64,000 nucleotides of DNA from Veleropilina oligotropha. Taxonomy: Eukaryota. Of this stretch, positions 12,697 through 24,370 are shown piece after piece (the stretch's first letter is position 1; each line of letters begins with the position of its first letter). The notes beneath the pieces were generated by a model. It was not told the origin of the DNA, did no database searches, and saw only the letters and a list, made by a program, of their open reading frames with translations. Made by a program: the position numbers and the translations under genes. The stretch spans positions 248,001 through 312,000 of the forward strand of contig JBEUKZ010000065.1 of NCBI GenBank assembly GCA_048128005.1. The letters run 5' to 3'.

Positions 12697-14231
12697 TGTT
12701 ACGAGTTTAAATATTTCACATCTTGTTAACTCGTATAATTATTATTATTTAAAAATACTAATGAATTTATTAAATATTTATTCCATAAGTACGAAATTGT
12801 ATTTCATTGCGTTGGAAGAACATATATATGCAAGATAAACAAATATAGAAACAGCTATTTTCAAGCTGTTTTGTGTGAGGAAAATAATCAAGCACCACAA
12901 TAGCATATTGAGTTCCCAATACAGAAATATCAGTCGACTCGAGGGTGGGATGGTGTACGCATGTATTGTTATCGATTTAAATATTCCAAGAATATTTTCT
13001 ACTGAGGTGTACATTTTACTCATTTTCATTTACCACCCGGCACTACTATTTTAACACCCGGCACTCATGATTTTCTGGGCAGAACCCTGAAATTTACCAA
13101 TATGCAGGAGAGGCGTAATCATAATCAAGTTGGGGGAGGGGGGTGTATCACCAACCAATGGTGCTGTAAATGCCTAAACAAAGATCAAACAGTGCTGGAC
13201 ATTGCTACATTTAGCTCGTAAGTGTGAACGATGCATGCAAGAGTGCTTCTTTAAAATTATCCAGATATTCAGACGGTCAAAACAGACATGACCGAATTTG
13301 TTTAAACATGGTTGTAAAACAACACTGATCATTGATGCAAATAACATTGATCAATTAATGTGTTTGTCGACGCGTTCTATTATAGGATGGTGACTAAAAC
13401 TGATGTAACATGATATGATGAATATTAATCACAAACTATTCAGGATTATACAGGATTATTTAGTTCTTTGTATGTATAATACATGATGCAGATTCAATCA
13501 GATTTATTCAATAAACAATTTATTTAAAGAACAAATTTATGAATTGGGTTAAATATATAGAGTTAAAACAAATTAAACTCTTTTTACTTTCAATTGAGCA
13601 CTTGTAATAATTATAATGACCTCGATTAATCAGGGATTAATGAAGGACACACTACTGAGCAAATCAATCCCCATTGAACACATAATTGAGGAACGCGAAA
13701 CAAGCTGGTTAACTGAAACAAGCTGGTTAACTGAAACACGCTGGTTAACTGAATGCATTTATATTAAACCCTTCGCATGTCATTCATAAAAGTGGTGAAG
13801 AAACGATGACAGTACTTCATTCACAGCAGAAATTTTCATCAAATAATTTTTTTTACAGGCGGAATGAATTAAGCTGGTCCGGATAGGAGGCAGGCAGATC
13901 AAATGAGTTTGGATAAACTTGAGCTTTTGATGTACAAGTACTATAATTTTCACTGTAAATGCAGCAAGCAGCAGCTACATCTACTGGGGCTGCGTGGTGC
14001 ATATATATATATATGCCTCTTAGTTTCTGATTGTGTTTCTGCTATCAGTGCAAGGGAGGGAACTCTTGTATTGTTATATTCATGAAGCATATGGACAAAA
14101 CGTGCATGATACCACTGCACTGATATCGATGGGCTTACAACATCACTACACGACTTCAACCCTTTAGGATTCAAGCATTTAATACTATACGTCAGTCTTG
14201 CAGCATGCATATAGGATACATGTGAGAAATC

Positions 14232-14872
14232 CAGGGCCGTAGCCAGGATTTTGTGAAGGTGGGTTCGAATATACCTTGCTGAGAGCATAATTGGCTATGA
14301 ATATGATTTTAAAGATTTAAAAGTCGTGAGATTTTCGCCTCGTTAACAATCACAATGGGTTTACTATCAACAGTGTGCGTGGGGATGAGGCCTTACGAGC
14401 AAGAAAATTTTTGTATTTAAAACTGTGGAACAGCTAGCTCCTCCTGCATTCTGATGTTGCAAATGTGATGTTTTTAGATTACTATCAACGGAGTGCGTAG
14501 GGCCCCATCGGCATCCCGACGTGTAAGAAAATTATGGTATTTCAAACTGTTAAACAACCAAGATATTACGATATGCTTATTTATTCATTTTATATGAGAG
14601 ACATTAAAGGATTTACCAATCATAATGTAGCGAAATTTGGCTTCACTGCACTTCATTTTTGCCAAATATAAATGATGTGTAAAGTCAGAATTAGGTCAAA
14701 CTGGCTTGACTGAAAAGTTCATTGGTGCTCAGAAAATACATAAATATATATTCAATTGATAACTGTAAAGGGGCCACTGTAAAATAAATATTGACTTTGA
14801 TTTTAAGGGCAATCCAGTGGCAAGGGGGAGTTCGATCAAACCCATCGAACCCCCACCCTGGTTACGGCCCTG
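14232..14872. mobile_element. MITE with CAGGG termini (hAT-like)
   Basis: 16-bp TIR CAGGGCCGTA(G/A)CCAGG; flanks AAATC/AAACC resemble a 5-bp TSD. Confidence 0.75.
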
Positions 14873-15994
14873 AAACCCACACGTTCTATTCATAAATATT
14901 CGCCAACAAATCTTTAACATAACAAAATTTAAATCATCTCAATATGGAACTTTTCTCATTAATCCATGTTCCAATTTATGATATGCCTGTACATAGCAAA
15001 ATATTTCTATATAAGTTAGAATTAGATAAATTAATGTATACAGATACGAACATTTCATCAAAATGATCAATATATTGCGTACGCCCTCAGGAATTCACCA
15101 TCATACACTATGTCTACTTACAACCATAATGCTCAACAGAAAAACTGTAAACATCTCATGGCCATCTTCAAAACTATAATTGATGCTTTGAACCGATTGT
15201 CAATTTAAGACCAAGCTACTTATAATATGTGCCTTTCACTTTTGAAAAATACTGATGCGAAAAGTTATAGCTGTTCAAAATGATGCCATGGCCGTCATTA
15301 ATATTTAGCATTATACCATTTAACAGCATATAAGTTATTTCCATGAATTTGTTTTTCATGTCATCATTACGGTTGCCCAAATATTGAACTGAAACAAAAA
15401 GGTAAATAAATATATAGCATGTGATATTGAAGGCTCGCTCGGTCCTCCAGTATTCTAGGTACTAGTATTTAACCATGACAGCGATTCAGATTGTCACAAT
15501 ATAACCCTATAATTTAAATTTTATACTTACTTATTATACACAAAAAGTACTTCTGTAATTTTAGATGCAGGTCTAATCATATCAATGTCAGCCTGCTATG
15601 CAGCGGTTTCCTTACACCACTTCCTGACCGCTGTTCATCTCACATAGCTGCGTTTCCCAGAAGCAAATCAGGCACTTGTCTAGATTAGCTTTCCACAGTC
15701 AATTTTACATCCTTTTAATAGCTTTAAATGGCACTTTGGCTTAAGCTGACTTAGAAAACTTGCCCCTTGACCTCCATTTATAAAACACAATCTGACTCTT
15801 GATACCGGTATCCATAATTGAATATGACTCCCATTTAACATTCAAGAGATATTTTCATAACAAAGTAATTAAAAATGTGACTGATAACTTTGTTGTCATC
15901 GTTTATACAATAGATATCTCATGAATACTAAACCACACTTGATCACGATTCAACTGACAGTGCCAATTGGTGATGTAAGAACATGACCATTTGC

Positions 15995-16187
15995 TGTCAC
16001 CCCACACGGTCATGTCCCAATCAGTGGTTCATAAGCTATATTGTCACCCCACAGGGTCATGTCCCAATCAGTGGTTCATAAGCTATATTGTCACCCCACA
16101 TGGTCATGTCCAAATCAGTGGTTCATAAGCTATATTGTCACCCCACAGGGTCATGTCCCAATCAGTGGTTCATAAGCTATATTGTCC
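15995..16187 (+). repeat. 47-bp minisatellite, ~4 copies
   Basis: Unit TGTCACCCCACAGGGTCATGTCCCAATCAGTGGTTCATAAGCTATAT. Confidence 0.95.
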
Positions 16188-18200
16188 CACATATACCAGA
16201 ATGGGAAGCGTAAATGTGTCTTCAATAAGAATGAGTTGTTAACCCAAGGTTTCAACAGTGCGAGTGACGCAAACAACCCACGGTGGCACCCTTCCTTTCC
16301 AGTAGGACTGTCCTCGATCTAGCTCAACATAAAAAACTTCAGAAAAATGTAAGTGAAACGGTAGGATGAGGGCTCTATTCTTTCTCCACTGTCCAGATTT
16401 GCTTATTCTAAATGCTAAAACTAATAAAAGGGATAGCTTTAAAATCTGTTACCCCGTCATTCGAAAGGAGACTTTTGGGTTAAACTGAGGATTACATTCA
16501 CATCAGATGATCACACACACATCCTTTCCGATTATGAAATCGTTTCGATAGAAAGACTATAAGGAATGGTCTTATTCAATGATAGATGTCACGTTTGCTA
16601 GACGTATGATTTTATTTTATTTTAATCACCTGAATAACCACTTTGATGAATTAACAAACTCAGCTTACTCATACTGTTACACCGACCCTAAGTCCCATAT
16701 ATTACTAACCCCATACAGTCCACATTAATTAGTAGGCAAGGCATAATTTATTACCAAGTATCTTATCGTTCGAGCATTTATTATCGTGCGAGCATTTATC
16801 TTGTGCATGCGTAGCATATTAATGCATCATGCATGCGCACATAATTTCCCAAATTCGTCAATAACAGGTTTAATCGTAGGTCTTCATTAAGTATGCATTT
16901 CAAATATTATTGTTTGTTCAGCTGGGCGGATCTTCATGTATTACATATCCGTCATAATGTAAGGCCCATTGTAACCTATTAAAAGCGGTGTTCCTACTTT
17001 ATTTTATGCCTTGTTCCGTGGATCACAAGCATTAAACAGTCAATATGCAGGCCTTGCTACACAATATCCATGTTCAATAGTTCTGAACAAATATGAGACG
17101 AACTTAATATTGACATAATTTATCATTGACTGCTTTTGCATGTAAATGGCTGTGCTGCGGTTTGTATTTTGTTCGAGTAGCGTGATTGTACATGATTGCA
17201 GAACTACGAACGTGCAAGGTACATCACGATCAAGCAACACAAGTTAACTGTACTATTCCAATATAATAGAAGGCACCTTCGTAAGGTGGCCAATGAAATC
17301 CACAGAACAACAAGATAAACTCGATTATAAGATGGAGATCATTGTTCACGACCACTTTGTGAGTCTGCGGTTCAAGTCCAAGCAGTGTCTGATTGTCACA
17401 CTATAATAGTAATCCAACATAACCCACCAGATAACAAGACAGGTTATGATCAACCATGCCACATTATAAGGCTGGAAGCAGCAGTGTTCCTCAAGGGGTC
17501 ATACAAAGCGTTGGGTCAAATATGGCAGATGCTCATATAATTAGCCCTTCTATCAGATGGTATGTTACCCAATATTCTAAAAAGTTTGTCTTCTATTTAT
17601 TTAAAGACAATAAAATTATGGGTTATCTACTTCATGCAGCTCTTCGTGATCGGCGAACCTTCATTAAATGCTATAAATTCAATAGATAACATATGTGTAC
17701 CCCTAATTTCTTGCACACGGGCATAAATGTATGCCCAGATTTGAAAAACTGCCCAGGAGTATTCCGTATTTTTGCAGGTAAATACGCCCGTACACCCTCT
17801 ATCTAGAACCCTGTACATATATATATGTCCCCACTAGTGTGCAGGCAGCTTATTATACTATAGAAGCCATGTCATGTGCGTTATCACATGAGCTGCTCTC
17901 AGTAACCCAACTGAGGGTCTCGATTTCAGCCGGACAGGATATGAAGGGAGCCACTGCTGTGTTGAGCTGACAGTCTGTCAAGTAACGAGCAGACTGCGTG
18001 CCACAGGTTATCTCCCCTGATTCACGTTCAGCGATATGGCAAGCAGGCTTCTTCTGCAATACCTTGATCATAACTTGTGCATAATTATCACCGCCGGCAT
18101 CAATCAGCAACACGCTGTTACTGTCTTACCACACCCACATTTCATAAACAATTTGACACACAGCATCAGTGAGCAGTCTATTCGTCTCCAAAATAAGATA

Positions 18201-18292
18201 ACATGCACTAACGCCACTCATCACATGCACTAACGCCACTCATCACATGCACTAACGCCACTAATCACATGCACTAATGCCACTAATCACAT
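18201..18292 (+). repeat. 22-bp tandem repeat, ~4 copies
   Basis: Unit ACATGCACTAACGCCACTCATC. Confidence 0.9.
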
Positions 18293-18403
18293 CTGGGCGA
18301 CGGACAGCAGGAAAATAAAGTTTAAATCGACGGGTAGAAAGAATCAGAGATATCAGTTATGGTTTCTTCAAATGTAATCATTTTTATAAATGAAGCTCTG
18401 TAA

Positions 18404-18635
18404 AAGCCATGTTATGATCAATATAAGCCATGTATGATCAATATAAGCCATGTTATGATCAATATAAGCCATGTTATGATCAATATAAGCCGTGTTATGA
18501 TCAATATAAGCCATGTTATGATCAATATAAGCCATGTTATGATCAATATAAGCCATGTTATGATCAATATAAGCCATGTTATGATCAATATAAGCCATGT
18601 TATGATCAATATAAGCCATGTTATGATCAATATAA
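18404..18635 (+). repeat. 21-bp minisatellite, ~11 copies
   Basis: Unit AAGCCATGTTATGATCAATAT; this array generates the repetitive ORFs at 18368-18744. Confidence 0.97.
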
Positions 18636-18782
18636 AAATGGAGCATGAGCTAAAGGTAATCATTGCTTTCCCAAATCTATCGGGGGTATTTCTTATATTC
18701 CTATAACCTGTAGTTCTTACTGAAATATCTGACGTTGCATACAAGGCTAGAAGTCAACAAATTACAGTCAACATTTCTTTGT

Positions 18783-19472
18783 TACATTATTGATATTGGC
18801 TGCCCATGTACATTATTGATATTGGCCGCCTATGTACATTATTGATATTGGCTGCCCATGTACATTATTGATATTGGCTGCCCATGTACATTATTGATAT
18901 TGGCTGCCCATGTACATTATTGATATTGGCTGCCCATGTACATTATTGATATTGGCTGCCCATGTACATTATTGATATTGGCTGCCCATGTACATTATTG
19001 ATACTAGCAATGGTACCCGTCTTCGCCGGGTAAGTCCCCCCACCCCATTTTTTTTTTTTTTTTTTTTTTGGATAGTGCTCCCTTAAATATTTTTTTTTTT
19101 TCCCGAATTTTCCGAATTTTTTTCGTGGTAAACCTTCCTTGGGGGACCCCGATTAACCCCCCAAAGTTTGAAGGTCCTAGGTCAAAGCGTCTGGGAGGAG
19201 TTCAACTTGAAACAGACAGACACACACACAATTATAGCTCCATTATATGAAGATATATAGTAATTTGTTGTTTTTTTCCCGAATTTTCCGAATTTTTTTC
19301 GTGGTAAACCTTCCTTGGGGGACCCCGATTAACCCCCCAAAGTTTGAAGGTCCTAGGTCAAAGCGTCTGGGAGGAGTTCAACTTGAAACAGACAGACACA
19401 CATACAATTATAGCTCCATTATATTAAGATTGGCTGCCCATGTACATTATTGATATTGGCTGCCCATGTACA
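18783..19472 (+). repeat. 26-bp minisatellite interrupted by a Helitron
   Basis: Unit TGTACATTATTGATATTGGCTGCCCA; resumes in register at 19430 after the insertion. Confidence 0.95.
19004..19429 (-). mobile_element. Non-autonomous canonical Helitron
   Basis: On the minus strand it begins TC, ends CTAG, has a subterminal hairpin TACCCG-gcgaaga-CGGGTA (19014-19032), and sits between A and T with no TSD. The empty site is given by the flanking minisatellite unit. Confidence 0.9.
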
Positions 19473-19550
19473 ACGGAGTTAATACACAAGGGGAAATATA
19501 AATGGTGGAAACTTTGATATCTGCCATACAAAATTTGAAACGTACAAATG

Positions 19551-19640
19551 CATACTATAGAGACACTTGCCAGCAACACATACTGTAGAGACACTTGCCA
19601 GCAACACATACTGTAGAGACACTTGCCAGCAACACATACT
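19551..19640 (+). repeat. 28-bp tandem repeat, ~3 copies
   Basis: Unit CATACTGTAGAGACACTTGCCAGCAACA. Confidence 0.9.
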
Positions 19641-19864
19641 GTAGAGACACTTGCCAGCAAAGACACTCCAGAAGATGGCGAATTACACACATTTAATCAG
19701 TATTAAACACTGACATTCTGTAAGTAACATTCTGAATCGAGAGGAAACTAGTGGGCATAGCAGTAGGCCTACCCCAGCTACATAGGAATTTAAGCTCCCG
19801 ATTCTAACCAGTGATTATTGTTAATTTCGCAAAAGTCTTTCAGTTGAGGATTCAATTCAAACCC

Positions 19865-20795
19865 AATCCAGGTCAATCTGGCAGTAGTGACTTGGTGGCA
19901 ACACTTTATAATCCAGGGCAATCTGGCAGTAGAGTGCCTTGGTGGCAAAACTTTATAATCCAGGGCAATCTGGCAGTCGAGTGCCTTGGTGGCAACACTA
20001 TAATCCAGGGCAATCTGGCAGTAGAGTGCCTTGGTGGCAACACTTTATAATCCAGGGCAATCTGGCAGTAGAGTGACTTGGTGGCAACACTTTATAATCC
20101 AGGGCAATCTGGCAGTCGAGTGACTTGTTGGCAACACTTTATAATCCAGGGCAATCTGGCAGTAGAGTGACTTGGTGGCAACATTTATAATCCAGGGCAA
20201 TCTGGCAGTCGAGTGACTTGATGGCAACACTTTATAATCCAGGGCAATCTGGCAGTAGAGTGACTTGGTGGCAACACTTTATAATCCAGGGCAATCTGGC
20301 AGAGTGACTTGGTGGCAACACTTTATAATCCAGGACAATCTGGCAGTAGAGCGACTTGGTGGCAACACTTTATAATCCAGGGTAATATGGCAGTAGAGTG
20401 ACTTGGTGGCAACACTTTATCATCCATGGCAATCTGGCAGTAGAGCGACTTGCTGACAACACTATATAATCCAGGGCAATCTGGCAGTTAAGTGACTTGG
20501 TGGCAACACTTTATAATCCAGGACAATCTGGCAGAACAGTGACTTGGTGGCAACACTATATAATCCAGGGCAATCTGGCAGTAGAATGACTTGGTGGCAA
20601 CACTTTATAATCCAGGGCAATCTGGCAGTAGAGTGACTTGGTGGCAACACTTTATAATACAGGACAATCTGGCAGAACAGTGACTTGGTGGCAACACTTT
20701 ATAATCCAGGGCAATCTGGCAGTAAGAGTGACTTGGTGGCTACACTTTATAATCCAGGGCAATCTGGCAGTACAGTGACTTGGTGGCAACACTAT
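19865..20795 (+). repeat. 47-bp minisatellite, ~20 copies
   Basis: Unit AATCCAGGGCAATCTGGCAGTAGAGTGACTTGGTGGCAACACTTTAT. Confidence 0.97.
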
Positions 20796-21134
20796 CATTC
20801 TATTGTCTCGACTCATAGTTTAACTAGCCATATTATTAGTTTGACTACTTTATTGCACTCATAATGTGTTTATTAACAAAAATACACTATGATCTGGATA
20901 TCTGAACAACTGGCATCCTAGTGTCAGTTTTTTCCTTGTTCCTGTAACAACGTAGCCATTGGGTGAACTCGGGTACTGGACAGAAGCTAGCCAGTGACAA
21001 AGGATTTGACAAGTTGCCAATGCAGCTCATGAGTGCATTGTTTTAAGGGGTTACAGCTTGCAATTTTATTTACAATAGATGTTCATGGTGTGTATATAAC
21101 CGATAATACACCAACAACCCTCAGAGATCTATAT

Positions 21135-22678
21135 CAGGGCTCGAAATTGACTATTATTTGGTTGCCGCCGGCAACCAAATTTTCATGTGGGCAACCAAAC
21201 TGCCGACAGCGGTTGCCGCGTGTACAACCAACAATAATTTTAACAGACTTCGCTGTCAAACGTCCGACAATTTAATTTAGAAAATATATAATGTGAACGC
21301 AGCCCTCGAAATTAACACTCGCAAACTCGCAAAATGCGAGTCCATTCTAGAAAATGCAAGTTCATGTTTCATAAACTGTCAAAAATTTGCGAGTGACAAT
21401 TTTCCTCAGACCAAAATTATCGTACATGTAATTGGCAGCTTTAAATGTAAATCCAGGTCTTTTATCTATTGTTGCATGTAAAGTTACTATAAAGTTGTCT
21501 AATTCTTAATCAAAAATTGTTTACCTTTTATTCAGTTCAGTATTCTAGTGACTTTGTGTCCGTAAACATCAGTCAAAACATTGATACCTCGTGTTCACCC
21601 ACCATTATTGATTTTTATTGTCATCCCTTGTGTTTGGGAGCACCAGTTTTTCAGTGTCGCATGTACTATAGTAACTACAGATACAAAACATGTACTGCTA
21701 AAACTGATGACATATGCATATGAATAAAACGAAATAAAGATGGTTTAATAATATTTTATTGCTGGTGATATTGCAAACGGATTGGACAAAAGGGAAATAA
21801 AGATGGACAGATAATATTTAATTAGATAATTTAATGCAATCCACAACAGTTATTCTTACACAATTACATTGACTTTTTAAGTGGTTTTAATTGAAGATTT
21901 GCCATAAACCAGCTTCTCAGACATAAAATATCTTATATTTAAAATTATACATTATACTGTATATTTACTAAAATCTTATAAAAACATAAATTAAACTGTG
22001 TAAAAATATGACCAGTATACAAGTATTATATTTTTATTTAATTAAATATCTTCTTTGTGTTAATATGACAGAAAAATTATCACTTAGCTAAAAAAAGCTA
22101 ATATTTCGGGTTACAGTTATAATAGGCTAATATTCATGTAATCAATCTTTATTTAAATTAATGAATACAGTCGACAATATGTGCATGAAGCAACAGCTGA
22201 TTAGAATGCCTTTTGTATGGTTAGCATATCGATTTTTTAATTTAATAAAATTGTAATATTGGTATAATTATTTTTTTCAGTAAATATAACTAACCTAGGT
22301 TTGAACAACACATTTTAACATAATATATAATTTGTTAAATGCCCACAGGGTTACTTCATTTCATCAGAAAATAGTTGATTGACCCGATTAAGTCCAATAA
22401 TTATGTGGTGGCTGTTCAACATCATTTCATTGCGTCGCATTAAATAGTGCAACCAACGCATGTCTTATATTAAAAGATATGCGTTGATTGCAATATTTTA
22501 TACGATGCAATGAAATGATTTTAACAGCCATGACAGCAATTTTGGACTACAACTTATTGTTATTGTAGCTACGTCACATTCAAATTCAATACGTACAATA
22601 ATATTTTTTAAGTGGCACCCAAATCTCTAGATTTGGTAGTACAGTGTACAACCAGATTTTTTTCAATTTCAACCCCTG
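21135..22678. mobile_element. Non-autonomous DNA transposon with CAGGG termini (hAT-like)
   Basis: TIR CAGGGCTCGAAATTGA / CAGGGGTTGAAATTGA; TATAT on both flanks; a second related terminus CAGCCCTCGAAATT is nested at ~21300. Confidence 0.65.
22409..22530. mobile_element. Small hairpin MITE / ~120-bp imperfect palindrome
   Basis: TGGCTGTTCAACATCATTTCATTGCGTCG...CGATGCAATGAAATGATTTTAACAGCCA folds along almost its whole length. Confidence 0.7.
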
Positions 22679-23149
22679 TATATATATATATATATATATA
22701 TATTCACATATATGTTAAATATCGCTTAAATGGGGATGCCACTGTATTTAATTATCTATTACTTAAAATCATATATTTTAAATTTGTTTACATTTTTTCA
22801 ATCAATGGTTTAAGTCTGTCATATATCACTTGGGTTATGTTGTCTAATCGGAGAAGCCTGTGAAGTTACGCAACTCGACGCTACGTGCCTCGTGGTTTAA
22901 ATGCAGGCTTCTCATGATATAACCTATACTTAATCCAAGGAGCCATCGATCATTATAGAGGTTTTGCAACAATATATATATAAATGCCAACTATTTTTGT
23001 CAAGCAAATCAATAGACCTTCATGGTTACAAAATTCTTTCTCAACATGCTGGGCATTATAAGTTAAATGTTTTGTAATTGGCCTGGTATCGGTCAAGACA
23101 GGTCAGTAACGTGGATACCCGAGAAGTGGCCTGGTTTCAACCTGAAGGT

Positions 23150-23410
23150 GGCCGCTTCGGCAGCGCAGTGGGTAGAGTGTCCACTCTAACTTCACTGGCT
23201 TGATTCCGCTAATGCGAACAGTAGTGGGTTCAATACCTGGCAGAGGCATTGAAATTTGTTCAAGTTATGAATCACAGCTGTCCGTGACTGGCCGAAGAGG
23301 GCGGGTTTACCCGAGCGACCGGGGTTTCCTCCCGCGATAACACGGACATGTCCTGCCTTGAACCTCGATGTTGTAAATATACAGGACATTAAGCATCATT
23401 CCTCCTCCCT
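23150..23410 (+). mobile_element. tRNA-derived SINE, copy 2
   Basis: Highly similar to 12431-12696; flanked by the 13-bp direct repeat TCAACCTGAAGGT (23137-23149 and 23411-23423). Confidence 0.88.
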
Positions 23411-24008
23411 CAACCTGAAGGTTGTAAATATACAGGACATTAAGCATCATTCCTCCTCCCTCAACCTGAAGGTTGTAAATATACAGGACATTAAGCATCA
23501 TTCCTCCTCCCTCAACCTGAAGGTTGTAAATATACAGGACATTAAGCATCATTCCTCCTCCCTCAACCTGAAGGTTGTAAATATACAGGACATTAAGCAT
23601 CATTCCTCCTCCCTCAACCTGAAGGTTGTAAATATACAGGACATTAAGCATCATTCCTCCTCCCTCAACCTGAAGGTTGTAAATATACAGGACATTAAGC
23701 ATCATTCCTCCTCCCTCAACCTGAAGGTTGTAAATATACAGGACATTAAGCATCATTCCTCCTCCCTCAACCTGAAGGTTGTAAATATACAGGACATTAA
23801 GCATCATTCCTCCTCCCTCAACCTGAATGTTGTAAATATACAGGACATTAAGCATCATTCCTCCTCCCTCAACCTGAAGGTTGTAAATATACAGGATATT
23901 AAGCATCATTCCTCCTCCCTCAACCTGAAGGTTGTAAATATACAGGACATTAAGCATCATTCCTCCTCCCTCAACCTGAAGGTTGTAAATATACAGGATA
24001 TTTAGCAT
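23370..24008 (+). repeat. 51-bp minisatellite, ~12.5 copies, derived from SINE tail plus TSD
   Basis: Unit TGTAAATATACAGGACATTAAGCATCATTCCTCCTCCC+TCAACCTGAAGGT. Confidence 0.97.
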
Positions 24009-24370
24009 CGATCCAATCCTCATATTAACGCATAATCAGGTTTGATTTTTATGATGCTGGACAACGGACCGGGAGCCTATTCAAGAGACTCTTGAGTTCC
24101 ATCCCTGACAACCCTCAAAGTTGTCATTTATTTCCATTGGCCGTTTAAATTTTAGTGGCCAATTAAAAATTTCAATAGCCAGATAAAGAAAATTCAATAG
24201 CCAATATTAAATAATATCAACTTATACATGTATGCAACACAACAAATGAATAAAAATAATCATTTTGACAATTATCATGTAAATTTTTCGCAGAAAATTT
24301 AAATAATTAAATATACAACATGATTCAATTTGTGATTTTACTGTATTTTACATGTTTGTTCATTGATGGT

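Noticed and set aside
18368..18744. Repetitive peptides (YDQYKPC)n and (IDHNMAY)n
   Set aside because: They come from a 21-bp minisatellite open in several frames on both strands, with no splice or gene context.
23307..24023. 238-aa and 215-aa repetitive ORFs on opposite strands
   Set aside because: They arise from the 51-bp (17-codon) SINE-tail array.
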